NCBI GenBank assembly: GCA_015059195.1
Contig: SVAW01000003.1
Span: forward strand, 30,445-94,444
Direction of reading: 5' to 3'
Source: Bacillota bacterium
GTDB taxonomy: Bacteria; Bacillota_I; Bacilli_A; RF39; UBA660
Length of the DNA stretch: 64,000 bases
The position numbers and the translations under genes were made by a program. Positions 1 through 9,012 of the stretch are shown one piece after another. The first letter of the stretch is position 1. Each line of letters opens with the position of its first letter. The notes beneath the pieces were generated by a model. That model was not told where the DNA came from. It saw only the letters and a list, made by a program, of their open reading frames with translations, and made no database searches.

Positions 1-151
1 AAAAAAAATTTTGTAGATAAGGTTTTAAAAATATCAAAATTTATAGACCAACAACATCAAAAGATTAAAAAAGAAAATCAAAAAAAAATAGAACCTTGTT
101 TATTAGAAAATGTTTTAAGTCAAATTATTAAATATATGAATAGGTGATAAT

Positions 152-2086
152 GTGAAAAAAAAAGAACAAACTTTAGTTTCGATAATTATGGGGATATATA
201 ATTGTGGTAATTATTTGGAATCAAGTATAGAATCGATTATTAATCAAACATATAATAATTGGGAATTAATAATGTGTGATGATGGTTCAAAGGATAACAC
301 GTTAAAAATCGCTCAAAAATATGAAAAACAATATCCTAAAAAAATTAAAGTAATTAAAAATAAACAAAACATGGGTTTAAATTATACATTAAATCATTGT
401 TTGGAATATGCTAGTGGAGATTATATTGCTAGACAGGATGGTGATGATATCTCTCTGCCAGAACGTTTAGAAAAGGAAATGGAATTTTTACAACAACACC
501 CAGAATATTCGTTAGTAAGCTCAAACATGATATTCTTTGATGAAAATGGTGATTGGGGAGAAAGCAAGAATTTTGGTGAAGTAAAAAAAGAAAACTTTAT
601 CAAAGGTAGTCCTATTTGCCATGCACCTTGTATTATGAAAAGGGAAGCATTACTCTCTGTTGGGGGATATTCTGTTGACTCTAAACTATTAAGAGTTGAA
701 GATTATCATCTATGGTTTAAGTTTTATATAAATGGATATAAATGTTATAATTTGTCTGAGTCTCTATATAAAATGAGAGATGATAGTAACGCTTTTAAAA
801 GAAGAAATTTTAAAAACAGAATAAATGAAACGCGTTTAAAATTGTGGGGATTTAGGAAAATAAAAATATCATTAAAGGATTATATATGGGCATTTAAACC
901 AATCATGCTGTTTCTTCTCCCACGAAAGATTTATGAAATGCTTCACAAAAACAACATGAAAAAACTTAGTAATAACAAAATAAAAATTGCCCAATTTGTA
1001 GGCTCAATGAACTGCGGCGGAACAGAGACGATGCTTATGAATATATTTGAAAAGTTTGATAAAGAAAAATATGAAGTTACATTTATTGAAAATGTTGATT
1101 TTGAATGTTGGTATGACAAGAAAATTAAAGATTTAGGTGGCTCAATAATTAAAATAAAACCATTTAGATTTGTAAATTACTTTTCTTATTGTAAAGAATT
1201 AACCAAGGTTTTAAAACAATTCGATGTTGTGCATTCTCATACTTTCTTACACACAGGTATAGTGTTAAGATGTGCAAAAAAAGCTGGTGTTCAAATTCGT
1301 ATTGCCCATTCGCATAGTGCAATGAAAATGAATTTTTCTTTTAAGTTAAAATCATTAATTTTTAGAAAAATGATATTAAAAAATGCAACCAATTTATTAG
1401 CTTGTTCAACGGAAGCAGGGTATTGTTTGTATGGTGATATATTTAAGGATAAGGGAGAAGTTATATCGAATCCTATAGACCTTGATAAAATGAATATACC
1501 AACTAAAGATATTGATGAATTAAGAAAACAGCATAATATTGATAATGACACATTAATAATTGGGCATGTTGGTAGGTTTGTAGCACTAAAAAACCATGCG
1601 TTTATGTTAGAAATTGCTAAAAAGTTAAAAGTGAGAAACATAAAGTTTAAGATGATGTTTGTTGGGGATGGCCCATTATTTGAAGAAGTTAAATCAAAAA
1701 TCAGCGACTTTAATTTAAAAGATCAAATAATATTGGTGGGATTAACTACTGAAGTATATAAATATATGAAGCTGTTTGATTTGTTTTTATTACCTTCAGT
1801 ATATGAGGGGCTACCAGTTACTTTAGTGGAAGCTCAAGCTGCAGCCCTTAATTCTTTAGTATCAGATAATGTTAGTAGGGAAGCAGATTTTAATTTAGGT
1901 TTAATTAAATTTTTAAGCATAGATAATAATTTGGATGGGTGGGTTAATAGTATTTCAAGTTTCGCACCTTCAAAAGTTGATTCTAAATTAATAAAAAAAG
2001 TTTTTGAAAAGAAAAGGTATACCACTGATTCTTTAATTAATAGATATGAAGAATTGTATAATATAGGAGATGATACTAATGAATAA
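152..2086 (+). CDS. two-domain glycosyltransferase (N-terminal GT2 domain, C-terminal GT4-like domain)
   Basis: 644-aa ORF with GTG start after AGGTGA. N-terminal has DDGSKDNT (GT2 DxD-type motif); C-terminal has EGLPVTLVEAQAAAL (GT4 E-X7-E-type motif). Confidence 0.65.
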   Translation: MKKKEQTLVSIIMGIYNCGNYLESSIESIINQTYNNWELIMCDDGSKDNTLKIAQKYEKQYPKKIKVIKNKQNMGLNYTLNHCLEYASGDYIARQDGDDISLPERLEKEMEFLQQHPEYSLVSSNMIFFDENGDWGESKNFGEVKKENFIKGSPICHAPCIMKREALLSVGGYSVDSKLLRVEDYHLWFKFYINGYKCYNLSESLYKMRDDSNAFKRRNFKNRINETRLKLWGFRKIKISLKDYIWAFKPIMLFLLPRKIYEMLHKNNMKKLSNNKIKIAQFVGSMNCGGTETMLMNIFEKFDKEKYEVTFIENVDFECWYDKKIKDLGGSIIKIKPFRFVNYFSYCKELTKVLKQFDVVHSHTFLHTGIVLRCAKKAGVQIRIAHSHSAMKMNFSFKLKSLIFRKMILKNATNLLACSTEAGYCLYGDIFKDKGEVISNPIDLDKMNIPTKDIDELRKQHNIDNDTLIIGHVGRFVALKNHAFMLEIAKKLKVRNIKFKMMFVGDGPLFEEVKSKISDFNLKDQIILVGLTTEVYKYMKLFDLFLLPSVYEGLPVTLVEAQAAALNSLVSDNVSREADFNLGLIKFLSIDNNLDGWVNSISSFAPSKVDSKLIKKVFEKKRYTTDSLINRYEELYNIGDDTNE

Positions 2087-2957
2087 AAAAGTATTTTGTA
2101 CAGTTTTTACGCCTACATATAATAGGGCAAAAAATTTAACAAAGTTATATAATTCATTATGCGAACAAGATTTTTCTGATTTTGAATGGTTAATTGTTGA
2201 TGATGGCTCTAGTGATGATACAGAAAAATTAGTGGCCCAATTTATCAAAAAGCATAAAATTGAAATTGTATATAAAAAGACAGAAAATGGTGGCAAGCAT
2301 AGAGCTATTAATTATGGTTTGGATTTTGCACGTGGTGAAGTATTTGCTATTGTAGATTCAGATGATTATTTAAAGAAAGACGCCTTAACAAAAATATATA
2401 AGCGGTTTAAAAAATTACCTAAAAAAAATTATGCTGGAATTGCATTCCAAAGAGGGTATGAATCTAGGGAAGCAATTGGAAGCACTTTTGAGGGAGAATA
2501 TGTTGATGCTACCAGTTTAGAAAGAAACAAGTATAATATTTCTGGTGATAAATTTGAGATTTTCTTTACTAAAATTTTACAAGAACATAAATTTCCTGAA
2601 TTTAAAGGAGAAAAATTTATGACTGAAATGGTTGTATGGAACCGTATCGCTAGATTAGGCTATAAAATAAGATGGTTTAATGATATTATATATATTTGTG
2701 AATATTTACCAGACGGATTGACTGCTAATTTGTTTAAGTTATATAAGAATAACCCAAAAGGATTTGCATTAAATATCAAGGAACAGGTTCAGTTTGACAA
2801 TATATCATTTAAACAAAAAATGTCGTACTATTCTTTATATTATATGATAAGAAAAGAAGAAAAAAATTTAATTGAAATTTCAAAAGAAATTAATGCTAGT
2901 CCGGTGATTTTATTATTTGCTTATATGGCGAGGATGTTAATATGGAAGAAAAGGTAA
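2070..2957 (+). CDS. family-2 glycosyltransferase
   Basis: 295 aa with VDDGSSDDT and VDSDDY motifs. Overlaps the upstream gene by 17 nt, suggesting translational coupling. Confidence 0.7.
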   Translation: MILMNKKVFCTVFTPTYNRAKNLTKLYNSLCEQDFSDFEWLIVDDGSSDDTEKLVAQFIKKHKIEIVYKKTENGGKHRAINYGLDFARGEVFAIVDSDDYLKKDALTKIYKRFKKLPKKNYAGIAFQRGYESREAIGSTFEGEYVDATSLERNKYNISGDKFEIFFTKILQEHKFPEFKGEKFMTEMVVWNRIARLGYKIRWFNDIIYICEYLPDGLTANLFKLYKNNPKGFALNIKEQVQFDNISFKQKMSYYSLYYMIRKEEKNLIEISKEINASPVILLFAYMARMLIWKKR

Positions 2958-4465
2958 CGTTTTCAAGAACTAAATTGGCGATAAAAAATACCATTTTCAA
3001 TTTAATATATCAAGCGTCTAATATACTAGCAAGTTTATTGGTTCCTCCGCTATTAATTAATAATTTTGGGTCTGCTATTAATGGATTAATTGCAACCTTA
3101 AAGCAGGTTATTACATATGTTCAGTTAGTTGGTGCAGGGATTTCAGATTCAACAACATTTTCTTTATATAAACCACTATCTACACAAGATAAAAAGGGTA
3201 TAAATTCTATATATAATGCCACTAATTATGCTTTTAATGTTGCTGGGATTCTTTTTTCTTTAATTGCAGTTGGAGTTGCTTTTATATATCCTGTCATCAT
3301 TCAAAGCGAAATTAATTACCTTTTAGTAGTGGGAATAGTTTTAGCTCTATCTATAGCAGGAGCATCCGAATTCTTTTGCTTAGGTAAATATCGTTCTTTG
3401 TTAGTCGCTGACCAAAAAATTTATATTGTAAATATAGCTCAAGTGGTAGGAACAATTATTTCTACTATAGCTACTATTGTTTTAATTAAACTACATTGTA
3501 ATATTTTTTTGGTTCAACTAATATCGTCTCTAACCTATGTTTTAAGAATCATCATTTTATATGCGTATATAAAAAAACATTATCCTTATTTAGATAAAAA
3601 AGAGCCTAAAGACATGAGTGCTATTTCTAAGAGAAAAGATGCTACTATTCATCAGCTAGCTTCTCTAGTCATTTTTGGCAGCCAAACATTATTTATAGCC
3701 AAGTATTGTGGCTTAATGGAGGTTAGTGTATACTCTGTTTATAATTTAGTTTTCGTTGGCATTAGTACAATTTTATCAACGGTATCTTCTGCGCTCCTAG
3801 CTGGATTTGGTAATGTTATAGCAACCAGTGATAAAGAAAAACTAAATAAAGTTTATAATGTATATGAATATGTATTTTATATTTTGACATTTACAGTTTT
3901 CGCAATTACAAGTATAATGATAATACCATTTGTTAAACTTTATACCAGTGGTGCTACAGATGTCAATTATATTAGAGGGAACCTTGTTATTTTATTTACT
4001 ATAATGGGTCTCCTTAATTGTCTTAGAACTCCAGGAGCAACAATTATTAATGCGAGCGGGCATTATAAAGAAACTAAAAGTAGAGCTATTATTGAGATGA
4101 TTTTGTGTGTTGTTTTTCAATTTGTTTTTGTTCAAAAATTTGGTATTATAGGTATTTTAATAGGCACAATAATTGCATATTTATATAGAACAATTGATGT
4201 AATTGTTTATAGCCATCAAATAATACTTAAAAGTAGTTTGAGGAAAACTTTGTTTAGGATTGTTGTTGGTTTTACTGTATTAATTATGGTATATTTTATT
4301 TCTAACAATATCAACATCAATTGTCAGGGATATTTTGAGTGGATGTTGTTTGCTGTTATAGTTTCGTTAATTGTTGGAATGATATATTTATTTGTTAATA
4401 TGGTGGTTGATAAAAAAACATTCATAGAATTAAAAGATTACATGATAAGTGTTATAAGAAAATAG
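2942..4465 (+). CDS. wzx: polysaccharide biosynthesis protein, Wzx-like flippase (MOP superfamily)
   Basis: 507 aa, about 12-14 hydrophobic segments, typical Wzx size and topology. Sits inside a glycosyltransferase cluster. Confidence 0.6.
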   Translation: MEEKVTFSRTKLAIKNTIFNLIYQASNILASLLVPPLLINNFGSAINGLIATLKQVITYVQLVGAGISDSTTFSLYKPLSTQDKKGINSIYNATNYAFNVAGILFSLIAVGVAFIYPVIIQSEINYLLVVGIVLALSIAGASEFFCLGKYRSLLVADQKIYIVNIAQVVGTIISTIATIVLIKLHCNIFLVQLISSLTYVLRIIILYAYIKKHYPYLDKKEPKDMSAISKRKDATIHQLASLVIFGSQTLFIAKYCGLMEVSVYSVYNLVFVGISTILSTVSSALLAGFGNVIATSDKEKLNKVYNVYEYVFYILTFTVFAITSIMIIPFVKLYTSGATDVNYIRGNLVILFTIMGLLNCLRTPGATIINASGHYKETKSRAIIEMILCVVFQFVFVQKFGIIGILIGTIIAYLYRTIDVIVYSHQIILKSSLRKTLFRIVVGFTVLIMVYFISNNININCQGYFEWMLFAVIVSLIVGMIYLFVNMVVDKKTFIELKDYMISVIRK

Positions 4466-4477
4466 ATGAGGTGTTGT

Positions 4478-5164
4478 ATGAATATTATTAAAAAAATCAT
4501 TAATTTTATAATGATTAAGATTAAATTTAAAAATAGCAATATTAAGTCGTTTCACATATCCAAAGGTGTAACAATAGGGAATAATTGTTTAATTAGTAAA
4601 TATACACAAATTGGAGATAATGTTAAAATTGGTGATTGTACATATTTTAATTCAGATAAAAATTGGATTATTGTTGAATCAAACGTTAAGATCGGTAAAT
4701 ATTGTTCTATTGCACCAGGTGTGGTAATTGGAGTTGGGAATCATAATTATAATAATGTAACAACCCATCCAATTTTATACAATCCATACTATTTAAATAA
4801 TATGAATTTAGATAATAGTAAGTTAAAGCAAAATGGGCTAGTAGATAAAGACGTATATACCGTTATTGGTAATGACGTTTGGATCGGTATGAATGCTAAT
4901 ATAAAAAGAGGAATAACTATAGGGGATGGGGCTGTTATCGGCGCCGGTGCTGTAGTAACTCATGATGTTCCTCCTTATGCAATTGTTGGTGGGGTTCCCG
5001 CTCATATTATAAAATATAGATTTGATAAAGAACAGATTAACAAACTTTTACAAAATAAATGGTGGGATTGGAGTAATGAGCAATTGGATCAGAATTTTAA
5101 TCTTTTATATAATATTAACGATTATATAAAATGGAGTGATATTAATGAAAACAAAAAAGATTAA
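4478..5164 (+). CDS. hexapeptide-repeat (LbH) sugar O-acetyltransferase
   Basis: Repeated [LIV]G-x-x-x-x-I hexapeptide pattern (IGDNVKIGDCTYF, IGKYCSIAPGVVIG, IGNDVWIGMNANI). Start set at ATG 4478, which follows GAGGTG. Confidence 0.65.
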   Translation: MNIIKKIINFIMIKIKFKNSNIKSFHISKGVTIGNNCLISKYTQIGDNVKIGDCTYFNSDKNWIIVESNVKIGKYCSIAPGVVIGVGNHNYNNVTTHPILYNPYYLNNMNLDNSKLKQNGLVDKDVYTVIGNDVWIGMNANIKRGITIGDGAVIGAGAVVTHDVPPYAIVGGVPAHIIKYRFDKEQINKLLQNKWWDWSNEQLDQNFNLLYNINDYIKWSDINENKKD

Positions 5165-6638
5165 TATGCTATATTTAATATACTTAGTTTTAATTGTTTC
5201 CAACTTGTTGTTTCCTATTTTTCTAAAATCCACTTTATCTATTCAAATGTTATCCTTAATTTTTGGGGCAGTTAGTGTAATTGAATTATTGTTAGGGATA
5301 TATATATGGTACAAAAAAAATGGTTCTCTTAATTCGGCATTTATATATTTTATATTATCTTGTTATGTTTGTTGGTTTGGGCAAATTATTGTCTGTGGGT
5401 TGAATTTATTACCTAAATATTTAGTAGAGATCACCAATTTTGCAAGCGGAGCTTTTATACATACAGGGGCTTTTGCTTTAATTGGCTTTGGGGCCTTGTT
5501 TTTAGGTGGAATATTAAAATATGAAAACAAAACAAAAGTTACACAAAATAAAAACATACGTAATAAAAATTTATCTAAAGCCTTGTTAATGGTTGGATTA
5601 TTCATGATAGTAATTAGCGTTTTTGGCCATTATTATGATTTAATTAACAAATTAATTATTTCATTAAAATATGGTTATGCTGCATTATATGAACAAGTTA
5701 AAACACCTTCCCCAATTTATAATATTTTTTCGAATTTAAAAATGTTTTTTTGGCCAGGAATATTTTTTTTGTTAATGGCATGTAAGGGTAATAAGAATGT
5801 ATTTAATACTATTTTAGGAGTTGCATTAGTTGATATTATTCTAAATTTTGTGATTGGTAGTCGCAGTGACGCTTTAGTAATCATTTTAGCTATGTTTTGG
5901 TTTTACACTAATGAATACAGAAGCATTAAGCTTAAGGAGTATATTGTAATAGCCATTATATTAATTATTTTATTACATTTAGTTAGCACAATTGCCTCAT
6001 TTAGGTTATTACCTAATAAAACATTATTATTATTTTTAAAAGAATTATTTAATTTTAGTAATAACACAATAGTAAAAACTATAAATGAATTTGGTTTTAA
6101 CATTTTTTCACTGCATTATACAATGCTGCTTATTCCTAGCACAAAATTCTACGCTTTAGGTTATACTTATTTTGCCTCTATTATGGCAATTATTCCTAGT
6201 GCATTAATGGGTGGGTTTTCATTTTCTGCAGCCGCTGGATTGCCCGATTGGTTAAAAACGACCTTACATATGGATTATGGGCCTGGTTATTCTATTTTGG
6301 CCGAATCATTTTATAATTTTGGTTATTTTGGGGTTTTTGCGATGTTTATAATTGGAATTTTAGCCGGGAAATTATTTAGCAACAAATTTAAAGGAGATAA
6401 AAAAATTATTAAAAATGGTATTATTGCCATAATAATATACCTGAATATTTTTATAGCTAGGGATACCTTTCTAATGGTATTTAGAAAAATGTTTTATACG
6501 ATAGCAATACCATTGTTATTAGTTAGTCTTCTTTATAAAATTTTTAAAAACAAGTCTAAAAATAAATTGTATATTAAATTTAAAAATATAAGTAATAAAA
6601 TTTATTTATTTTTTAATCAATCAGCAAATAAAAGTTAA
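5145..6638 (+). CDS. Wzy-like oligosaccharide repeat-unit polymerase / O-antigen ligase family membrane protein
   Basis: About 500 aa, highly hydrophobic polytopic protein directly after Wzx and the acetyltransferase. ATG 5145 follows GGAG. Confidence 0.5.
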   Translation: MKTKKINMLYLIYLVLIVSNLLFPIFLKSTLSIQMLSLIFGAVSVIELLLGIYIWYKKNGSLNSAFIYFILSCYVCWFGQIIVCGLNLLPKYLVEITNFASGAFIHTGAFALIGFGALFLGGILKYENKTKVTQNKNIRNKNLSKALLMVGLFMIVISVFGHYYDLINKLIISLKYGYAALYEQVKTPSPIYNIFSNLKMFFWPGIFFLLMACKGNKNVFNTILGVALVDIILNFVIGSRSDALVIILAMFWFYTNEYRSIKLKEYIVIAIILIILLHLVSTIASFRLLPNKTLLLFLKELFNFSNNTIVKTINEFGFNIFSLHYTMLLIPSTKFYALGYTYFASIMAIIPSALMGGFSFSAAAGLPDWLKTTLHMDYGPGYSILAESFYNFGYFGVFAMFIIGILAGKLFSNKFKGDKKIIKNGIIAIIIYLNIFIARDTFLMVFRKMFYTIAIPLLLVSLLYKIFKNKSKNKLYIKFKNISNKIYLFFNQSANKS

Positions 6639-6652
6639 TAAATTTAAAACAA

Positions 6653-6680
6653 AAAAGAAAATACTTGGTTTTCTTTTTTT
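6653..6680 (+). terminator. intrinsic terminator closing the polysaccharide locus
   Basis: agaaaatacttggttttct hairpin followed by a T-run. Confidence 0.6.
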
Positions 6681-6731
6681 CATTTTTTAAATATTTAAGA
6701 ATATAATATATTAGATTAAATTTTACACAAT

Positions 6732-6760
6732 TTGACAGTTTTTCAAAAATATGGTAATAT
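6732..6760 (+). promoter_or_regulatory. near-consensus sigma-A promoter (TTGACA-17-TAATAT) driving the ORF-free region
   Basis: -35 TTGACA at 6732-6737, 17-nt spacer, -10 TAATAT at 6755-6760. Predicted TSS about 6767. Confidence 0.6.
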
Positions 6761-6766
6761 TTAATT

Positions 6767-7387
6767 GTGTTCAGAAATGGCACATTATTCTAGTCAATTT
6801 AACTTATTATGAAGGCGGGGCTAAAAATCCGCTAAAGAGCATATCGATGAAGCTTCTTGTGTTTGCTTCTTACGCCCAGTCTGGGGTGGATGCTGGAAGA
6901 TTGAGTATTGGGCGCTCGTAATGGCATACGATACCGACCCAATATTCTTGGAGACCTATACTTGTATAAAGCCTATACACTTAACAGTTGAAGGACTTTG
7001 TACGAATTAGGATTAAACCTACTATGTGGGGAAACTTACGAGTAGCGTAGCTTGTCTTGAGTGAGCTATAGGGGATAATTGATCAAACTAAGTAGTTTAT
7101 AGCTAGGATTATTTAGTATCGCAATTTGAAACTATTCTTGCAAAAAAGAATTAATAATAAGTGGTTGTTGAGGAAATCTCCTAGAGTGCATTATTAATAT
7201 GGGATTGCAGTGCGTACTAAGTGGCAATCAAGTCGTATAGATGGAAACACTATATTGTTATCTTTAAAGGGAAACCGCTCATCTGGTAACGGAAAGTAGA
7301 AAACAGGGAAATCCAACTTGACCTAAGACGCAAAGTTAACTATATTAATAGCCATTAAACATATTGAGGGATAATCCCTTTTTTTGT
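6767..7387 (+). ncRNA. candidate large structured noncoding RNA (about 620 nt; OLE-like or other ornate-large-RNA class; identity unverified)
   Basis: No ORF of 60 aa or more in any frame across about 730 bp; the ATG-initiated frames hit stops within 10-25 codons and lack an RBS. GC visibly higher than flanks (about 40% vs about 28%). Many local hairpins, e.g. GCGG..CCGC 6815-6832; CGCCCAGU..AUUGGGCG 6882-6935; AGCUAUA..UAUAGCU about 7062-7102; AUUCUU-gcaaaa-AAGAAU 7133-7150. Ends in intrinsic terminator GAGGGA-UAA-UCCCUU plus U7 at 7366-7387. No match to RNase P, tmRNA or SRP hallmark sequences. Confidence 0.5.
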
Positions 7388-7434
7388 GTCTAAATTTAAG
7401 TCGCTTTTTGTCGAAATAAGGCGATTTCAAAATG

Positions 7435-7463
7435 TTGAATCGCTAGTATACAGATGATATAGT
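7435..7463 (+). promoter_or_regulatory. sigma-A promoter for csp (TTGAAT-17-TATAGT)
   Basis: -35 TTGAAT at 7435-7440, 17-nt spacer, -10 TATAGT at 7458-7463. Lies downstream of the ncRNA terminator. Confidence 0.5.
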
Positions 7464-7496
7464 TATATTAGGCAGTAAATAGAAGGGAGATTTGAG

Positions 7497-7712
7497 ATGA
7501 GAAGCAAAGTAAAATGGTTCAACAATGATAAAGGCTATGGTTTCATCGAAAACGGAAGCGGAACAGAAGATATATTCGTACACTATTCTGCAATTTTATC
7601 AGATGGCTTTAAGACTTTGGTTGAAGGACAATATGTTGAGTTTGAACTAGTTAGAACTGACAAAGGTTTGCAAGCTAAAAATGTAGTAGAAATTAAAACA
7701 GCTTTAGTTTAA
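7497..7712 (+). CDS. cspA: cold-shock protein (CspA family)
   Basis: 71 aa with [12 protein letters not shown] and DIFVHYSAI (RNP1/RNP2 cold-shock-domain motifs). RBS AAGGGAG. Confidence 0.9.
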   Translation: MRSKVKWFNNDKGYGFIENGSGTEDIFVHYSAILSDGFKTLVEGQYVEFELVRTDKGLQAKNVVEIKTALV

Positions 7713-7771
7713 GTTGTTTTTTTATTGCAATTTTATATTAAAAATTATAAAATTAATATGAGGTAGATATC

Positions 7772-8320
7772 ATGGCTAAAGAAAAATTAAAAAAACCAAG
7801 CATTAATTATTCATGGATAGTAAAAATTTCAGTTATTTCATTTGTGATTTCATTCGCGTTTTCTGGAATTTCAGAAATAGCACTACCAAACGTACCTTTA
7901 TTAGTAGGAATTATACTAGTCTTTATATTTATCATATTAGGGGTAATATTTGATATGATAGGTGTAGCGGTTACATCATCAGATGAAAAGCAATTTAATT
8001 CAATGAGTTCTAGAAAAATTAAAGGCGCTAAAACTGCAGTAAATTTTAAAAAGAATGCTGAAAAAGTTTCTTCCTTTTGTAATGATGTGATAGGAGATAT
8101 CTGTGGCATTGTGTCTGGGTCTGCTGGAGTTATGATTGCGGCAAATATCGCTAGTGAGTTAGATATTCCATTATTTTTGACTTCACTAACCGTTACTGCT
8201 TTAATAGCCGCGTTAACTATTGGAGGCAAAGCCTTAGGAAAAGGTTTTGCAATTTCTAAAGGTAACGACATTTTCTTTACTTTTGCTAAAGTTATCTCAT
8301 TTTTTAAATCGGAAAAGTAA
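7772..8320 (+). CDS. small 4-TM membrane protein (possible OapA-like partner of upstream ncRNA)
   Basis: 182 aa with four hydrophobic segments. RBS GAGG 8 nt upstream. No enzymatic motif. Confidence 0.5.
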   Translation: MAKEKLKKPSINYSWIVKISVISFVISFAFSGISEIALPNVPLLVGIILVFIFIILGVIFDMIGVAVTSSDEKQFNSMSSRKIKGAKTAVNFKKNAEKVSSFCNDVIGDICGIVSGSAGVMIAANIASELDIPLFLTSLTVTALIAALTIGGKALGKGFAISKGNDIFFTFAKVISFFKSEK

Positions 8321-8329
8321 GAAATTCAA

Positions 8330-8367
8330 TTGACATACTACACAATAAAATATTATAATTATTATGT
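8330..8367 (+). promoter_or_regulatory. rbr promoter (TTGACA-18-TATAAT) with overlapping PerR-box-like inverted repeat
   Basis: TTGACA at 8330-8335. TTATAATTATTATGT at 8353-8367 matches the Bacillus PerR box TTATAATnATTATAA at 13 of 15 positions. Confidence 0.45.
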
Positions 8368-8394
8368 AAAACAGGTTAGAAAGAAGGTATATAA

Positions 8395-8934
8395 ATGGAA
8401 TTAAAAGGAAGTAAAACAGAGCAAAATTTAATGGCTGCATTTGCTGGTGAAAGCCAAGCTAGAAACAAATATTCTTATTATGCATCACGCGCCAAAAAGG
8501 ATGGTTTTGAGCAAATTGCTGCTATTTTTGAAGAAACAGCAAACAACGAAAAAGAACATGCTAAAATGTGGTTTAAATTATTGCATGATGGCTCAGTTCC
8601 TGAAACTTTAGTGAATCTAGAAGACGCTGCTAATGGTGAAAATTATGAATGGACAGATATGTATGCAGGTTTTGCTAAAGTAGCTAAAGAAGAAGGATTT
8701 GATCACATTTCGTATTTATTTGACGAGGTAGCAAAAATTGAAAAAGAACACGAAGAACGCTATAGAAAACTTTTAGAAAATATCAAAGGTAATGTTGTAT
8801 TTACAAAAGATGCTCCAGCTATGTGGATATGTCGTAATTGTGGACACGTACATTACGGCGAAAGTGCTCCTGAATTATGTCCAGTATGTGCACACCCTAA
8901 AGCTTATTTCGAACTTAGAAAAGAAAATTATTAA
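8395..8934 (+). CDS. rbr: rubrerythrin
   Basis: Ferritin-like diiron domain with ExxH motifs plus a C-terminal rubredoxin-like CRNCG...CPVC. Confidence 0.9.
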   Translation: MELKGSKTEQNLMAAFAGESQARNKYSYYASRAKKDGFEQIAAIFEETANNEKEHAKMWFKLLHDGSVPETLVNLEDAANGENYEWTDMYAGFAKVAKEEGFDHISYLFDEVAKIEKEHEERYRKLLENIKGNVVFTKDAPAMWICRNCGHVHYGESAPELCPVCAHPKAYFELRKENY

Positions 8935-8952
8935 TTAATGTAAAGGAACTAT

Positions 8953-8990
8953 AAAAACTTTAAAATTTTTATAGTTTTTTTGATATAATG
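8953..8990 (+). terminator. intrinsic terminator after rbr
   Basis: aactataaaaactttaaaatttttatagtt hairpin followed by TTTTTT. Confidence 0.6.
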
Positions 8991-9012
8991 TATATAGATA
9001 GAGGGTGTGACA

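Noticed and set aside
421-603. Numerous 60-116-aa ORFs antisense to or nested in long genes (e.g. 421-603, 1291-1641, 7807-8271, 9447-9671, 23834-24094, 38156-38407, 50558-50976, 61826-62023).
   Set aside because: They lie fully inside well-supported genes on the opposite strand or another frame, lack RBSs, and have low-complexity composition typical of AT-rich antisense frames.
6767-7387. Identity of the ORF-free region as RNase P RNA, tmRNA, SRP RNA or a group II intron.
   Set aside because: No GGAAAGUCC P4 element, no tRNA-like 5'/3' ends (GGGG...UUCGA...CCA), no SRP domain-IV GGAAGCAGCC, and no domain-V-like sequence or flanking exon ORFs. The GUGCG at about 7209 is isolated.
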